Shown here one piece after another: positions 1 to 12,800 of a DNA stretch of 64,000 nucleotides. Source of the stretch: Phyllosticta citribraziliensis (Eukaryota); the NCBI RefSeq assembly GCF_038025025.1, contig NW_027117343.1, forward strand, positions 992,001 through 1,056,000, read 5' to 3'. Below the pieces are notes generated by a model. That model worked only from the letters and a program-made list of their open reading frames with translations, ran no database searches and had not been told where the DNA came from. Both the position numbers and the translations under genes were made by a program. Positions within the stretch are counted from its first letter, which is position 1. Each line of letters begins with the position of its first letter.

Positions 1-390
1 GGGTTCTTCTTTGGCTTTGTCCTTAGGCGGGGCGACGTCTTTGGTCTTGTCCTGAGGTGGAATTTCGTCCTTTGGCTTGTCCTTTGTAAGAGTTTCGCCT
101 TTTGGCTTGTCCTTTGTGGGAGCTTCATCTTTTGGCTTGTCCTTGACGATAGCTTCATCTTTTGGCTTGTCCTTGGTAAGAGCTTCGTCGCTCGGCTTGT
201 CCTTGGCGACAGCTTCATCCTTGAGCTTTTCCTTGGCGAGAGCGTCGTCCTTGGATTTCTCCTTGGCAGGTTTCTCATCCTTCACATCCTTCACAGGTGT
301 CTTGTCGGCCGCTGGCTTGTCCTTCGACGCTGGTCCATCTTTGGGTTTGTCCTTTTGAGGTGCCTTGTCTGCGTCCTTGGCTTTATCCAA
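1..390 (-). repeat. Coding 30-nt (10-aa) tandem repeat, consensus KDKPKDEAxx, about 12 degenerate copies
   Basis: tttggcttgtcctt and variants recur every 30 nt; translation DEAVAKDKPSDEALTKDKPKDEAIVKDKPKDEAPTKDKPKGETLTKDKPKDEIPPQ. Confidence 0.9.
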
Positions 391-2129
391 CTGCTTGTCT
401 TTCACCTTGGCTTTGGCATACTTTTCTGGAGAAATATAAATGTCCCACTTGAACGGATGGAACAATCCTGGAGGGACGCAGGTATCCTGTTTGAGGAAGT
501 CGGACCAAAGAAGCTGTGCGTAGTGATGATATCCTTCTCGAGGCCACCACCAAGACAGCTTCTCCAACACCTTGTGAGGAGCGCCCTCCCAGTTGTAGAC
601 GCTGTCGGCACCACCTCCAAGATTCTGTGGTCCGCCAGAATTGAAGAGCCAATCGAGCATGGAGTCGTCTTCAGTGCCGTTGTAGTACAGTGGATGTTTT
701 GCATGCACTGCTTTAAATCCTTTGCGGAACGCAATGGTCTCCATGGTTGCTTCAGACGCCATCCAAAACCCATATTGCTGCTGCAAAACGTGGACCTCGT
801 GCAGCAAACGCTTGGAAGTCCGAGTCATGGCAACGGGAGCAGCGAAATGAGGCAGCTTCTTTTGCTTGGTATGGTACGGATCGTTGTGCACCATGCCCCT
901 GAAAAGCCAAAAGTTTGTGTTACGAACATCGACAATCGGCGCAAGCGTGATGAGGTCTGCTTCCTCCCCGACTCCCCATTTGTATCCATGCGCGCGAATT
1001 TCGGCCGCACGATCGTCGTTCAAAAGAGTCTCGTTCATGAGCGACCACAAGTCTCGCCAGGAGCCCATGAGGCTCGGAATGTACCACGCCGAGTTCATCT
1101 GTTGCAGGTAGAGCCGGGGTTGCTCTCGCGCCCACGAGGCGATGCGCTCGAGATTCTGGAGGTGTGGGGACGAGCTACGAAAGTCCATTTCGAACTGCCA
1201 AAAGTATTCAAAGTCGGCTGCTATGGTCGCGGAGAAGAGCTGGAGCGATTGGTACGCCTGGTGTATGTAGCTGCCAACTGATCAGCCAAGGGTGAAGTGT
1301 GTGGAGAGTGGCTACGTACCTGTGTTCTGGTACGGCCGGGTACCAAGCTTTGAGAAGGTTTTCATTCCACAGGTAGGTTATGCTTTGGAACTCTTTGGGC
1401 ACGCTTTTACGAAGCACGCGATCATAAGCTTTGCGATCCAAGAAAATGCGCTCCTTTGAGTTTTTGACTTGGACCAGAATGAAGACCTCGTACTTGCCTC
1501 CAGATTCCAGAGACAACTCGACAATCATCGATCTGATGAAGGCGATGATGTCGCCTGCCCAGTTGAAAGTGTCCGTAGTGCGCAGAACCACAGCTGTCCT
1601 GGTCTTGCGCTGTATTTCCAGCTTGGCGCGCAGAGGTTGTTCTTCCTGCGCTGCGCCTGGGTCTGGTAGACGAAAGGTCTTCCGAAGCCCGACATCATGG
1701 AGGAGACCATTTTTCCAGGCGCATGAAGACTGCTCTTGTCCCCAGTCTCTATCTTTCCACAAGCCTTGTCCCGCGCCAAAGTAGTCGTCTATCGAGTATC
1801 CGTAAGCACGCAGGCGGGTGCTGACATTGTAGCATTTGGTGGTGTCGTCGTCGAGTAAATCTGGAAGACCAAAGAGGTGGCGGATGGCTGGCAGGAAAAA
1901 GCAGTGTGAGCCAAGCTGTCCAAGACCAAGGGGAGAGCAACGTACTCTGGGGTTTTTGGTGACCTGGAGTCTTGGCGTAGCGGGCGCGGAGGGAGAGTTG
2001 TGGGTCGGAGATGCAGGATGGATACAGCCCGGGTAGCGGCTGCGAGCGTGGGGCGTGTATTCCGCCAAGGAGATAGATGAGGCTAAACAAGAGTGCGACG
2101 CTGAGGACCGTGGATGATCGTCGCGCCAT
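1..2129 (-). CDS. DUF3405-like type II membrane protein (3' end runs off the window); introns 1945-1888 and 1319-1271
   Basis: ATG at 2129 with N-terminal hydrophobic anchor (VLSVALLFSLIYLLGG). Two GT..AG introns join the frames. Motifs RTAVVLRT, IRSMIVELSLESGGKYEVFILVQVK, YFWQFEMDFR, WGVGEEADLITLAP and LFHPFK match this fungal family as I remember it. The last exon is open from 1270 to 1. Confidence 0.8.
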
Positions 2130-2954
2130 GGTGGAGGACGCACGTATCGTAGGACGCGAGAAGAATTCAGGGCGCTGGGCACATGGAACGGGTTTCGAAG
2201 TCGAAGACAGGGGGGGCTCGCAGTATCACGGAGAAGGTCTCAAAGACGAGCGCGACATGATTGCGCAATGAGTGCTGTTGCAATAGGTAAGGTAGGGTAG
2301 GGGTCTCGCCGGGGCGTCGATGATGTGCGGTGGGTGACGTCCAGTACCTAGTGCCACGGACAGCGCCTGGAAGGCACAGAATCGACACCGGCCCGAGTGT
2401 TGAGCACCGCCTCCTCGTCTGGCTTCGCCTCTGCAGCCCAGGCGCGCGCTGACAACCGGAATACAACAAAAACACCACCGCTAAACACACGTCTCTCGAT
2501 AAAGAAATGGGCGAGAAGACGGCAAAGGCTCAACCCGGATGCTTGCTTCCGCGTCTACTAAAAAAATAAGCTTCTCCACTTCATTCCAGCATTCCCTTGG
2601 TCAATTTGGCGGCGATCCTTGCCGGGTTCCTCCCGTTGCACAACCACCTCCGCTCTTGGTCTTCTTCAGGATTCTCGTCATGAGCTTAAGGCATTCCGGT
2701 TGGGAGGAGATAGCCCCCAGTCCCTGCCTGATCAAGTCGCGTCATAGGCTGTTGGTCTACCTGTAGTCAGTCTTACTCATGCATGACACGCTCTCAGATG
2801 AGTGGACCCTTCACGTTGGCTGCTTACAAAAATCCCAATTTGTCACCCGGTGGATCCGCTCCCAAGATACGGAGGTGCTCATATAAGAACGTGTACGCTC
2901 TCGTCGTCTTTCAACCCCGCTTCACTGTTCTTGAAATCTCCAAAAAACGCAGGC

Positions 2955-3982
2955 ATGTCGACCTCTATCGATACATTGATCGGGGCTCCCGATGTAGGAG
3001 CTTCAACTCGTCCTCATTCGAAAGTGCCATGATGCTGACTTGATTTGAAAGGGCACAAAGCTATGGGTACGCGCGATCGAATGCTCTTGCAAAAGAAAAA
3101 AACACAACAAAAGCTAACATTCTTTTCCGACAGCTTCTGGACTGCGGAAACATGGTGGGGGACGAGGGTTGGTTCAAACGCGGCGGTGGTACTACAACAA
3201 AGTCCAACCCGACCAACATTTCAGAACGACGCGTGCTCTCCGTCATCTCTGCATTGATCGAACACCCCACCGAAGGTCTCATACTTTTTGAGACTGGCGG
3301 TGGTAAAGAATACCCTTCGGCCTGGGGTGCTCCTTTGAACGACATCTTTGCACAATACGAATACAAGTCCGATCAGGAACTGGACGTGCAGATTGCCAAA
3401 ACGGGACACAGCATCAAGGACATCAAGGCCGTCGTCATGGGCCACTTGCATCTCGATCATGCCGGCGGTCTGGAGTACTTCAGAGGCACCGATATCCCCA
3501 TTTACGTTCACGAAAAGGAATTGAAGCACGCGTACTACAGCGTCGCAACCGGATCAGATTTGGGGGTCTACTTGCAAAAGGACCTGCCATTTGATTTGAA
3601 CTGGTGAGACAGAAAAGGGGCTGGTCAGCGGCTTCACAGACTTGCTGAACACTACCACAGGCAAACTTTCCACGGCGACTTCCTCGAACTCTGTGAAGGC
3701 ATCACCCTGCGTCACTCTCCCGGCCACACTCCCGGTCTGGTGATCATGCAAGTGAACCTCAAGGAGTCGGGAACCTGGATCTTTACAACCGACCAATATC
3801 ACGTCCACGAAAATTTCGAGGCTAGCCATCCTCAGGGCTGGCTCGCGCGGGATCACGACGACTGGGTTCGCAGTCACCAGATGATCAAGATGCTGGCCAA
3901 GAGGACCAACGCAAGACTAGTGTTCGGACACTGCAAAGACACATTCGACAAGTACGAGCATGCTCCGCACGCCTATCAGTAA
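2955..3982 (+). CDS. Metallo-beta-lactamase-fold hydrolase, N-acyl-homoserine lactonase (AttM/AiiA)-like; introns 2994-3051, 3067-3133, 3604-3660
   Basis: Spliced product MSTSIDTLIGAPD-GTKLW-LLDCGNMVGDEGWF. Metal-binding motif HLHLDHAGG (HxHxDH), plus PGHTPG, TDQYH and FGH. Confidence 0.88.
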
Positions 3983-5601
3983 ATGCGATTGGACGTCTTT
4001 TGGAGCCATGGAGTTGAAGTCCACGGAAGCGCTTCCCGTTGGTCAGGATGAGATAAAATGGGTAAAAATCCAAAGCTTCGGTTAGGGTGTTCAATAAGCT
4101 CAACAGATCAGCAGCAGTGGATGTCTTTTCCTAGTTGCTTTGCTGCATTGAAGATTTCTGCCGAAGTCGTATTCGGTTCCGACCGAGTTCGTTTCCGTCC
4201 CTCATGAGTGAACCCTTGACCCCAGCCAGCCATCCTGGCATCACGCCACGAGTGTTCTGTAGACGGAAGTCGTGGCACGACATTGTCGGTTGCCACGATT
4301 CGAGCTTGAAATTCTCCTGTTACTATCACTCAGGGATGGTTAGATACTCCTGAATACTTCGATCCATATCAAATCTGGGAATGACACCTGTCAAAAGCTC
4401 ATTGTAGTGTGTTTAAATTATCCATCCCCTGCTCCTTTTGTTGGTCCTGTGTCTGTCATGACTCCAGGCTCGAATTCACGCTGGCTCTTGATCTGCTGAG
4501 TCCCGACTTGGAGAGGATTGCTTGTCGGCAAAGATGGGAACTGCCTAGAAGTGGTATCATCTTTACCAGTTCTCCCGCCTCTGAACGGACGCCTCGACAT
4601 TGTGCTTTGGAAATCCATGCACGTTCTCGACGAGTTGGAGCAATATCAGCATGAAGCAGCGAACAAAGTGATCGAAGAAGGATCGGACGACACAGAGAGA
4701 AAGCAACCAGGTATGGAGATGACGTGGGACGAGTCTGACTTGGGAAGACCAGCAAGCAGAGGTGATACAACCGCAGATGGCAGACAAGTCAGAGCAGAGT
4801 GACCAAGAGAAGGAAGAGGAAGCCAATGAGGTATCAAAATACCGCTAAGCCTGGGGGATGAGCAAAATTGGAGCGTGTCGAGCTGATCAACATGTCAAGC
4901 CAGAGTCGTCAGAATGCACAACTCGACCTTCAAGAGACGAAGAGCAAACGTCTTTGACGGGTTGGCTACGCCACATTTCCGACCAAATCATGCACTGGGA
5001 GAATAAATGTCTGAGGAAGCTGAAGCTAGAAACCATGAACCACGCGCAGACCAGATTGTAGGTAGATAAACTTGTTCGCGATAGCCTGTGTCGCTGCTTG
5101 GACAAGAGCATGCTGACTCTCTGAAACACCCCGGTGATGAACATAGTATTGCGTCCGTGTACACTCTCACCCAAGGCGTCCACTTTGTCAAATGTGTTCA
5201 AGACGTGAGAGATTGTCGAGAAGGTATATACAAGCCATTGAGCATTGTATGGCGGCGTGCAGGAAATGTTGACTATCGAACGAGAGTATGTGCTTGTGTG
5301 AGATTGCCGTGCGGTAATTGGTGATGCAAATTAGGGATTTTTCTAAGCAGCAGCTTTATCAGGCTGCATGGGATTATGGACGAAGGCATGCGCAGCTAAA
5401 TGTTGGGTTTGGTGTCTGCAAAACTTTAGAGCCGTAGGGCAGCGGGGCAGACGGAGGGGACAGGAGCGTTGGAGCGGGGTTGACGTCATGCTTCGTAGCT
5501 CTCCCGTTATGGGCCGCTGTCGCTCCTGCCGTTAGCTGTGCTTCTGAAACCTATGACAATTCACGCGTCCAAAGCTACCAAAGCCATCGTTCTCATCAAT
5601 C

Positions 5602-6690
5602 ATGACACTGGACAAAGCTGTCGCAAAGGCCATTGGAGTGGATGCATCCACCGCCACTGCTTCGTCTGCTGCAGGCGGTGGCTGCTCGTCTGCGTCCACA
5701 TCCAAAGTCACTGCAACACTGCCCGACGGCTCGACCAAGAACTTTTTCATGAAGACTGGCAGAGGCTCTGATGCCGAAATCATGTTTGCAGGAAAGTCGA
5801 CGTGGCCCGCCATCGCAGACAGCGGCTAATGGCTGGTAGGAGAGCATGCTTCACTAAACGCCATCCACAACGTGGTGCCGTCCTTGACTCCCAAGTCTTA
5901 CGGTCATGGCAAGTTCGAACAGTCGCCATCGACGTCGTTCCTCGTCACAGAGTATCTCCATCTGGGCTCGCGGCTCACGTCTCGGCCGTCGGGCAATTCC
6001 CTTGCGAGCAAGCTTGCAAAGCTCCATACAACCCCAGCACCAGTGCCAGAAGGGTACGACAAGCCCATGTTCGGATTCCCGGTGACCACGTGCTGTGGCG
6101 ATACGCCCCAGGATAATTCGTACAAGGAGAGCTGGGCAGATTTCTACGCAGAAAACCGGTTGCGGTTTATTCTGCGGCAGTCGGAGCGGTCGAATGGCAA
6201 GGACAAGGAGCTGCACGACTTGGTCGAAGCGACGGCATCGAGAGTTGTTCCCAGACTGCTAGGCGACGACCACTTGAATGGCGGCAAGGGCGTGACTCCA
6301 GTCGTCGTACATGGAGATTTGTGGAGCGGAAACGCTTCCGTGGGCAAGATTGACGGACAGAGCGAGGCCGAGGAGGTGGTGTTCGATTCGAGCGCTTGCT
6401 ATGCGCACAGCGAGTTCGAGCTGGGAATCATGCGGATGTTTGGCGGGTTCGGATCTAGTTTCATGGCCGAGTATCATCAGCACTGTCCCAAGACGGAGCC
6501 AGTGGAGGAGTATGAAGATCGGGTGAAGCTGTACGAGCTGTAAGTGTTGGGTCGGGGCGGTTCCGCAGGCGGGATTTTACTGACCGTCGGCAGTTATCAC
6601 CACCTCAACCACCACGCGCTGTTCGGTGGGGGCTACCGATCGGGGTCAGTGAGCATCATGAGGAAGCTGGTTAGTAAATATGGGGGTTGA
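5602..6690 (+). CDS. Fructosamine/ketosamine-3-kinase family protein; introns 5792-5839 (non-canonical donor) and 6540-6593
   Basis: FFMKTG, MFAGEHASLNAIH, LAKLH, FGFPVTTCCGDTPQDN, VVHGDLWSGN, YAHSEFELG, LYELYHHLNH..LFGGGY; stop TGA at 6688-6690. Confidence 0.92.
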
Positions 6691-7094
6691 AGGCGTCGGA
6701 TGGGGGCTCAAGCTCAAGCGCTGGACCGTTGGCGTTGGCGGGCGCGGCGGGCCGGCGTTTGGATTATTGTTGACGGACGCCAACACCACGGCTGTCACCA
6801 TGACCATGCAGAGGGAAGCGCATGTCCTGAGTCGAAACAACAACGATAGCATGTACGTACACGTTGTGCGGCGGCTGCATCGGCTGCATGCGCTGCATCC
6901 CACTCGCTGCCCTGGCAGATTGCGCGCAAAGGCCAGCCTCGCGCATTTTAGCTATTCGACCTTGACCTGGCCATCCCAGCCTCTCTCGCCCGCGTGTGCC
7001 TCCTCATATAGCCACTGCTTTGCGCGCAGCCACGCGCAATTCGCAGCACAATGAGCGCCTTTTCTCCCTCTGCTGCCCTCGACCGCTCGCAGCC

Positions 7095-9885
7095 ATGAGC
7101 TCCAATGAGCCGCTGCTCGCTCTCAAGCACACAAACGGTAATCGCGCCTCGCCTGCCTGACCTGCATCCCCCATCTGACGGACAACGCACTCACACTTCA
7201 CCCACAGCCAGCCGGCCCCAGATCATCCAACACGCCCCGTCTCAGCAGAGCTTCTCGGCCTCTGAAGACTACTACACCGTCTCTTCCGAAATCTCCACTG
7301 CCAGTGACCTGAGCGATGACCGCTCCCAAGTCACAATCGTCCGCCACACCACCCCGCCCGACGTGTACCACACCCCGCTGGCAAGCCATGATCAATTGAC
7401 CACGGTCCACGAGCAACGCCCCTCGCAAGACTCGACCGTCACTGCTGTCCCTCCCAAGGTTTCCTTCAGCGAGTCCACCATTACGCGCAAGCCCGTCGCC
7501 TCTGGCCGTCGTCCCTCGGGCTCGCAGCGCCGCTCCATCATGGATTCCGAATCTCTCTCCACCACTCCCGGTGTCGACGACACCCCTTACATTCGCTTTG
7601 CCATTGACCAATTGACCCGAGACGAAGAAGTCCGCGGTACCAGAATCTACCCCGTCAATGATCAAGACTACCCCGTCGACAGAATCGTGTCCGATGAGGG
7701 CCTCGGCTACGTCCATCAAAACCATCCCCCTGCTGCAGACCTCCGGGATCCTGCCCGCCCCCCACCCATGCAGCCATTGGACGGTGAGCTCCCCCGTCAC
7801 CTCTTTGACAGCATCAATTCTGACGTTTTGTAGTGCAACGCGACATTTTTGTGCCCTGCACGCCTTCTTTCAATGCAGTTCAGTTCCCACCTCTCAACTT
7901 TCTGCCAGGCATTGTGCGACCTGTATGGCTCGGTCTCTTCATTCTTCTCTGCGTACTCATGACCGTTGGCATGATAATCAGTGCCATCTGGTCTTCTAAT
8001 CACCAGGGTCTCCTCGACTATGTCAATCTAGGAGACAGTCGCTATTTCCTGTTCCAATATTTTCCTCCACTTCTCGGCATGGCCTTTTTGATGTGGCTAC
8101 ATCAAATCGCCGCGGCACTCCAACGCGTATCACCATTTATGGCACTGGCTTCGGATTCCTCCAAAACGCGGTCCGAAGGCGTCTTTCTCGACCTGTATCC
8201 CACGCAATTCATCTTGCCCACCTTTCAACATTTCAGAGCTGGCCAGTATGCCATGGGCATTTTCTTCGTCGTTTCCTGGATGTTCCTCTTCACCATCCCT
8301 CTTCTCGGATCCGCTTTCAATGTGAGATTTCACGGGCCCGTCTCTGATGGGCAATTTCGTTGGGTTGCGTCTCAGGGGGTCATGTGGGCCGCCATCACGC
8401 TCTACTTGCTCCTGATCCTCTCCCTCGTATTGGTGTGTTGGGCGCTTCGACAACCAACGGGCTTAAAGTGGGACGCTCGATCTCTCGCAGACATTGTTGT
8501 CTTGCTCGAAAGGTCCAACAACATGGCCGACTACAAGGATTCGGAAGTCTTTACAAGCCTCCAGGAATTCCGTCAAGTTCTGGCAAACCGCACGGATCGG
8601 CTGGGCTATTGGCACACCTCCAAGCGGCCTACGGACATCTTCTATGGCCTGGGTGAGCCAGGCGGAGCACCGAGAAAGTACGTCATCGGTCCAAAGGGCA
8701 AGATCACGGAAAAAGATTCGTCGCCTGGACTGTCTACACCGACTGAAGTGGACGTTGAGGCTGGAAGACATGCTGGGGACATTCGCATGGACATCAGAGA
8801 AGAAGAAGTGAGAAGAGCATATCTCCCGTGGTTTCTCAAGGACACGTTCGTGGTTGCTTGGATCGTCATCGCAGTTGTCCTATTGCTGGTATTCCTGGCT
8901 GTCAGCTTCGCCAACAAGGCTGTCGTCAACGGATTCAAGCCTCTGATTTCCGTTAGCACAAACTCCGGTAGGTTCGGCCTTCATTACACCAGCTTGATGC
9001 ATGACTAACGTGTCCACAGGAGGCTTTTCTTCTTCAAACTTTCTCTACTCATTCCTCCCGGTGGTCCTCGCCATGATTCTGTATCTAGCCATCCAGACGC
9101 TGGACCTTACCTTGCGCCGTCTATATCCTTTCGCCACACTGTCCAACCCTGGGGGATCTCCCGCCGAATTCTCGCTTCTTCTCGATTATCCTGCTCGGTT
9201 GCCAATAAACGTCACGATTGTGGCCTTTATGAACAAGCACTATTGCGTGGCAGGTCTCAGCCTGGCTTCCTTCATCACCGCTTTTACCCTCCCTGTCCTC
9301 GCTTCTGGCATCTTCTGGACCCAATTCTACCGCGACACTGGCTCTATCCGCGTTGCGGCGCACCCTGCAGCCTACTATTCACTCTGCGCCTTTCTATGTG
9401 TCTATGGCCTGGCGCTGGTCTTGATATTCCCTCAACGCTACTCGTTCGCTCTCCCCCACGAGTCTCGCAATCTGGCCCAAGTGATTAGCTGGCTTTACCA
9501 GTCTCGCATTGTTAATGATCCAGCTTTCTCGCGGCCAGAGACAAAGGCCGAGCTTTGCACGCGTCTCTGTGGCCCGCGAGTTTATAGCGAGCAGGGACAA
9601 AATTTCGTCGGCAGCTTGAGGTCTCTTTTTACACCAAGCAAGCAAGCTCTGCACGCGCAGTACCGGCAAGACGGCGAGTCCACCGTCGGTTTCGCCGAGA
9701 ATGGCGAGTCTTCCAGTCAGCAGCCTTCCGGCAGCAAAGAAAATAGTGAGAAGCGGCGCGTCAGCGTCGTTGACCCTGGAAGCGTAAGATACGGCTTCGG
9801 CATCCATTATGGGCGCGACGGAAACGAGCACCTCGGCATTGATAGGGTGCAACGAGGCGAGGGACGTATGATGCACTTCGACTAG
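7095..9885 (+). CDS. DUF3433-like multi-pass membrane protein; introns 7138-7207, 7784-7833, 8968-9019 (alternative start 7105 if intron 1 is retained)
   Basis: Three long ORFs joined in frame by GT..AG introns. PGVDDTPYIRFAIDQLTRDEE, TGLKWDARSLAD, SLLLDYPARLP and many TM segments. Confidence 0.8.
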
Positions 9886-12800
9886 ACTACCACGTTCAGA
9901 GGCAGCGTCGCAGGACAGATCACGGGCTTTCATCACACTTTTCCGTTTCATTCTTCTCCTGGTTTGCGGTGGCAATCTGATGGCAGCTTGAACAGAACGC
10001 TGTCCACACGCGCATGATTTGGGCGATATACCCTTGCCTGCCCTGGCTTTGACGTCTCTCTTTCAATCTCTATTCAGTTTTCTGACACGGCATTTCTCAG
10101 CGTTTCAAGCTTCGTTTCGCCAAGCGACCTCTTTTCGATAAACCTTCACCTAATGATCGTTGCCCTTGGGCTTTCATCTTTCAGTGGTTCGACCGCTTCG
10201 CACCCCTTTTCCATCTCGAAAAGTTCCTTGTCACTCTTTGCTTTTCGACCTGCTACCTGCAAGGATGTTCCCTCACGTAATGTACGAAGCAACGAGTAGA
10301 CGAACGAACGCGCGCACGTATTTTATGAATATTTCGCAAATCAGACGCAGACGATATCCTGGTTTTTTCCAAGGAAGAGGAGGACACTATACTTCACCAA
10401 GTCTTCAGGAAGGGGCAAATTGTTTAGAGAGAAAAAAAGGAAATAAAACCATCTTCTCCGGCAAACCAGCAATCGAGTAAAACCAACGTGCCGATCCCAA
10501 GCAACGTGGGAAATGTTGACATCGCTCTTGTCTCATTAGCTGCAGCGCTCGACTCAGTTGACAGCGCCGCGTCGCTGATTCGACAAAAATACACGCACCG
10601 GCGCATCGAGCTGCCCCTCCACGTCGCAACATCCATCCATTGTACTGTATGCAGCAACCACAATTGCCTCAGCAGGACTACAAATCTGAACATCGCGCCG
10701 GCAATCGGAATCGAATCGTTCCACAATCGCCGTCAGGATCTCGGTCCTCGTCTCGACGCCCACACCCACTCCTCCCTCATCAAAGCAACCAGCGGGTGGG
10801 TAGAAAGAAGCGCTAAAAAAGAAAAACGGGAGAAAATTTAGACGCACGACGACGGAGGCGCCCAGCAGCAGCATCCCGGCAAGCCGTGCATGATGCGGCG
10901 GCGGCAGCGGCCACGGCGGCGAACGCGGCTCGGGCTACAAGGCACGCTTGCTTGCTTGCTCGCCGCCACGCTCTCCCCCTCTCCCACCACCAGACCAGCC
11001 CAGCCCTGTCCAGCCCAACCTAGCCCTGCCCAGCCGCACGTTGTGCATGGATGGGGTTGCGTGAGGTGGAGGTGGTTGTGGTTGTGGTGGTGGGGAAGTG
11101 GAGAGAGGGAGGGAGGGATGGAGGTGCAGGCGACGCGGAGAAGTTTCCAACGACGCGCATACAGGCGGACGGCGTGGCGTGTCTTGGATGGAAGAACCAT
11201 CGTAGAGTAGTTCGCCTCCTGGCGATGATGGTAGTTGAACGACAGACAGTGCAATCCAACCAACCCCACGCATCTGCTTCGCTTCGCGCTCTACCACCCA
11301 TCCGTACCGCGGAAAAACAAAAAAACAAAAAAAAAAAGGCCTGAGGCTTTTCAGCAAGCGATGCGGCAGAAGCTTATTCCTCCAACGCAGTCGACTGACT
11401 AGCTAGCTAGAGCGACCCGGTAGCCAATAGCGGCGCTTTTTTTGCTTTGCGTTGCTTCGGTTTGCGATTGTGCGCTTAAACCGCAAAATAAACCCCCTTC
11501 TCTCATTTCCTCTACCCTTCTTTTTTTCTTTTGGGCATGCAAAGCTCAACGATGCTGCTTGCTCTCTCGTGGGCGCGCGGGGAACTGCGCGATGCCAGAG
11601 GAGAGGTGGAGGCGGTCGTGGGTTGGTTTGCTTTGGTTAGGTAATGCAATGCCATGCTAAGCCATGCCACCACGCCTCTAGGGGAGCAACGAACGGGTAA
11701 AGAGGCGGGTATTTTGGCCGGGACTACATACATTATACAGACTAAGTAGATGGTAGCGCTGGTAGCGACGGCAAACGGAACGTGGGTAGGGCGCGGGTTG
11801 TGGTTTGCACACACAGTCCAGTACGTGTAGACCCTCACTCTCCTCGGCAGTATGTCCACGGCATGCCGTCCGTCCATGTGCATATCTGTCCGCCAGTTTG
11901 TCTCCCTTACCTCTCCCTTCCTCTTGTCCACCGCTACAATCGCCTCCCCCACAGCACCATCTCCACACGTGGCAGTCAAGAAAAATCCCTCCACGCCCCA
12001 TCCTCCCTTCGATCTTGAACGATGAAAGAACTTCATTCTCCTCTCTCGCAATCGCCCTTCCATCTACCGTCTCTTCTCGGCATATCTACCCACCCACCCA
12101 CGTACAGAACTTATGTACACACTGCCGACACACGGTTATCCATGGATAGAGCCACCACTATGCCCGCCCGCCCGCCCGCTCCCCTGCCATGTTTTCTTCT
12201 CCCGACCCGCCCGTCCCGTCTCGTTTTGCACTACACCAGACAGGCAACTGCGGTAGTGACTGATTCCCCTGTCCCGTCTGTCCGTTCGTCCGTCACGTTA
12301 GTCGGTGCGTCCCAGCAGCCCACGGCGACTTCGCTCGCTCTCGCTCCCCGTGCGTGCGTGCCGTCTGCTCGCAATATATTTCTTCCTGCCACCGGCTTGG
12401 TTCGCTTCGTTGGTATTGCTGTGAGGCATGCCGTTCTTTCGATTTTGGCGGTGGGGGAGAGAGGTAGCGTGGTTTCGAGGGTAGGTTTGAATGTTTTGGA
12501 GCCGTTAGCAAAGTCGGTGGGTGTGTGGTTTGGTGGTGCTCGTGTGAGGCATCATGGCTGGTTTCTCTCGAGCGCTTTCTTGTAGCACAGCACTCTTCAG
12601 TCGCTTCTACTCATTCCGCTCTGTCCTGCCAATACCGTGTCTGGAGCGGTCTACCCTATGCTCCTACCTCCTGTTTCTTTTCCATTGAAATTTCTTTCCC
12701 CCTGTCTCCCCCCTCCCGCCTCTCCTTCCTGCCATTCAACCCCATTAGGTGAGCCGACATGGCTCAGGACGTGGGCAACGGGGAGTATTGCGAGACTGGG

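Noticed and set aside
355..1281. 308-aa plus-strand ORF
   Set aside because: Antisense shadow of the DUF3405-like last exon, which the ORF track missed because it runs off the window.
4200..5061. Short plus-strand ORFs with two similar CHDSxLxF peptides (~4291 and ~4454)
   Set aside because: No coherent spliced model or domain; the similarity is short enough to be chance.
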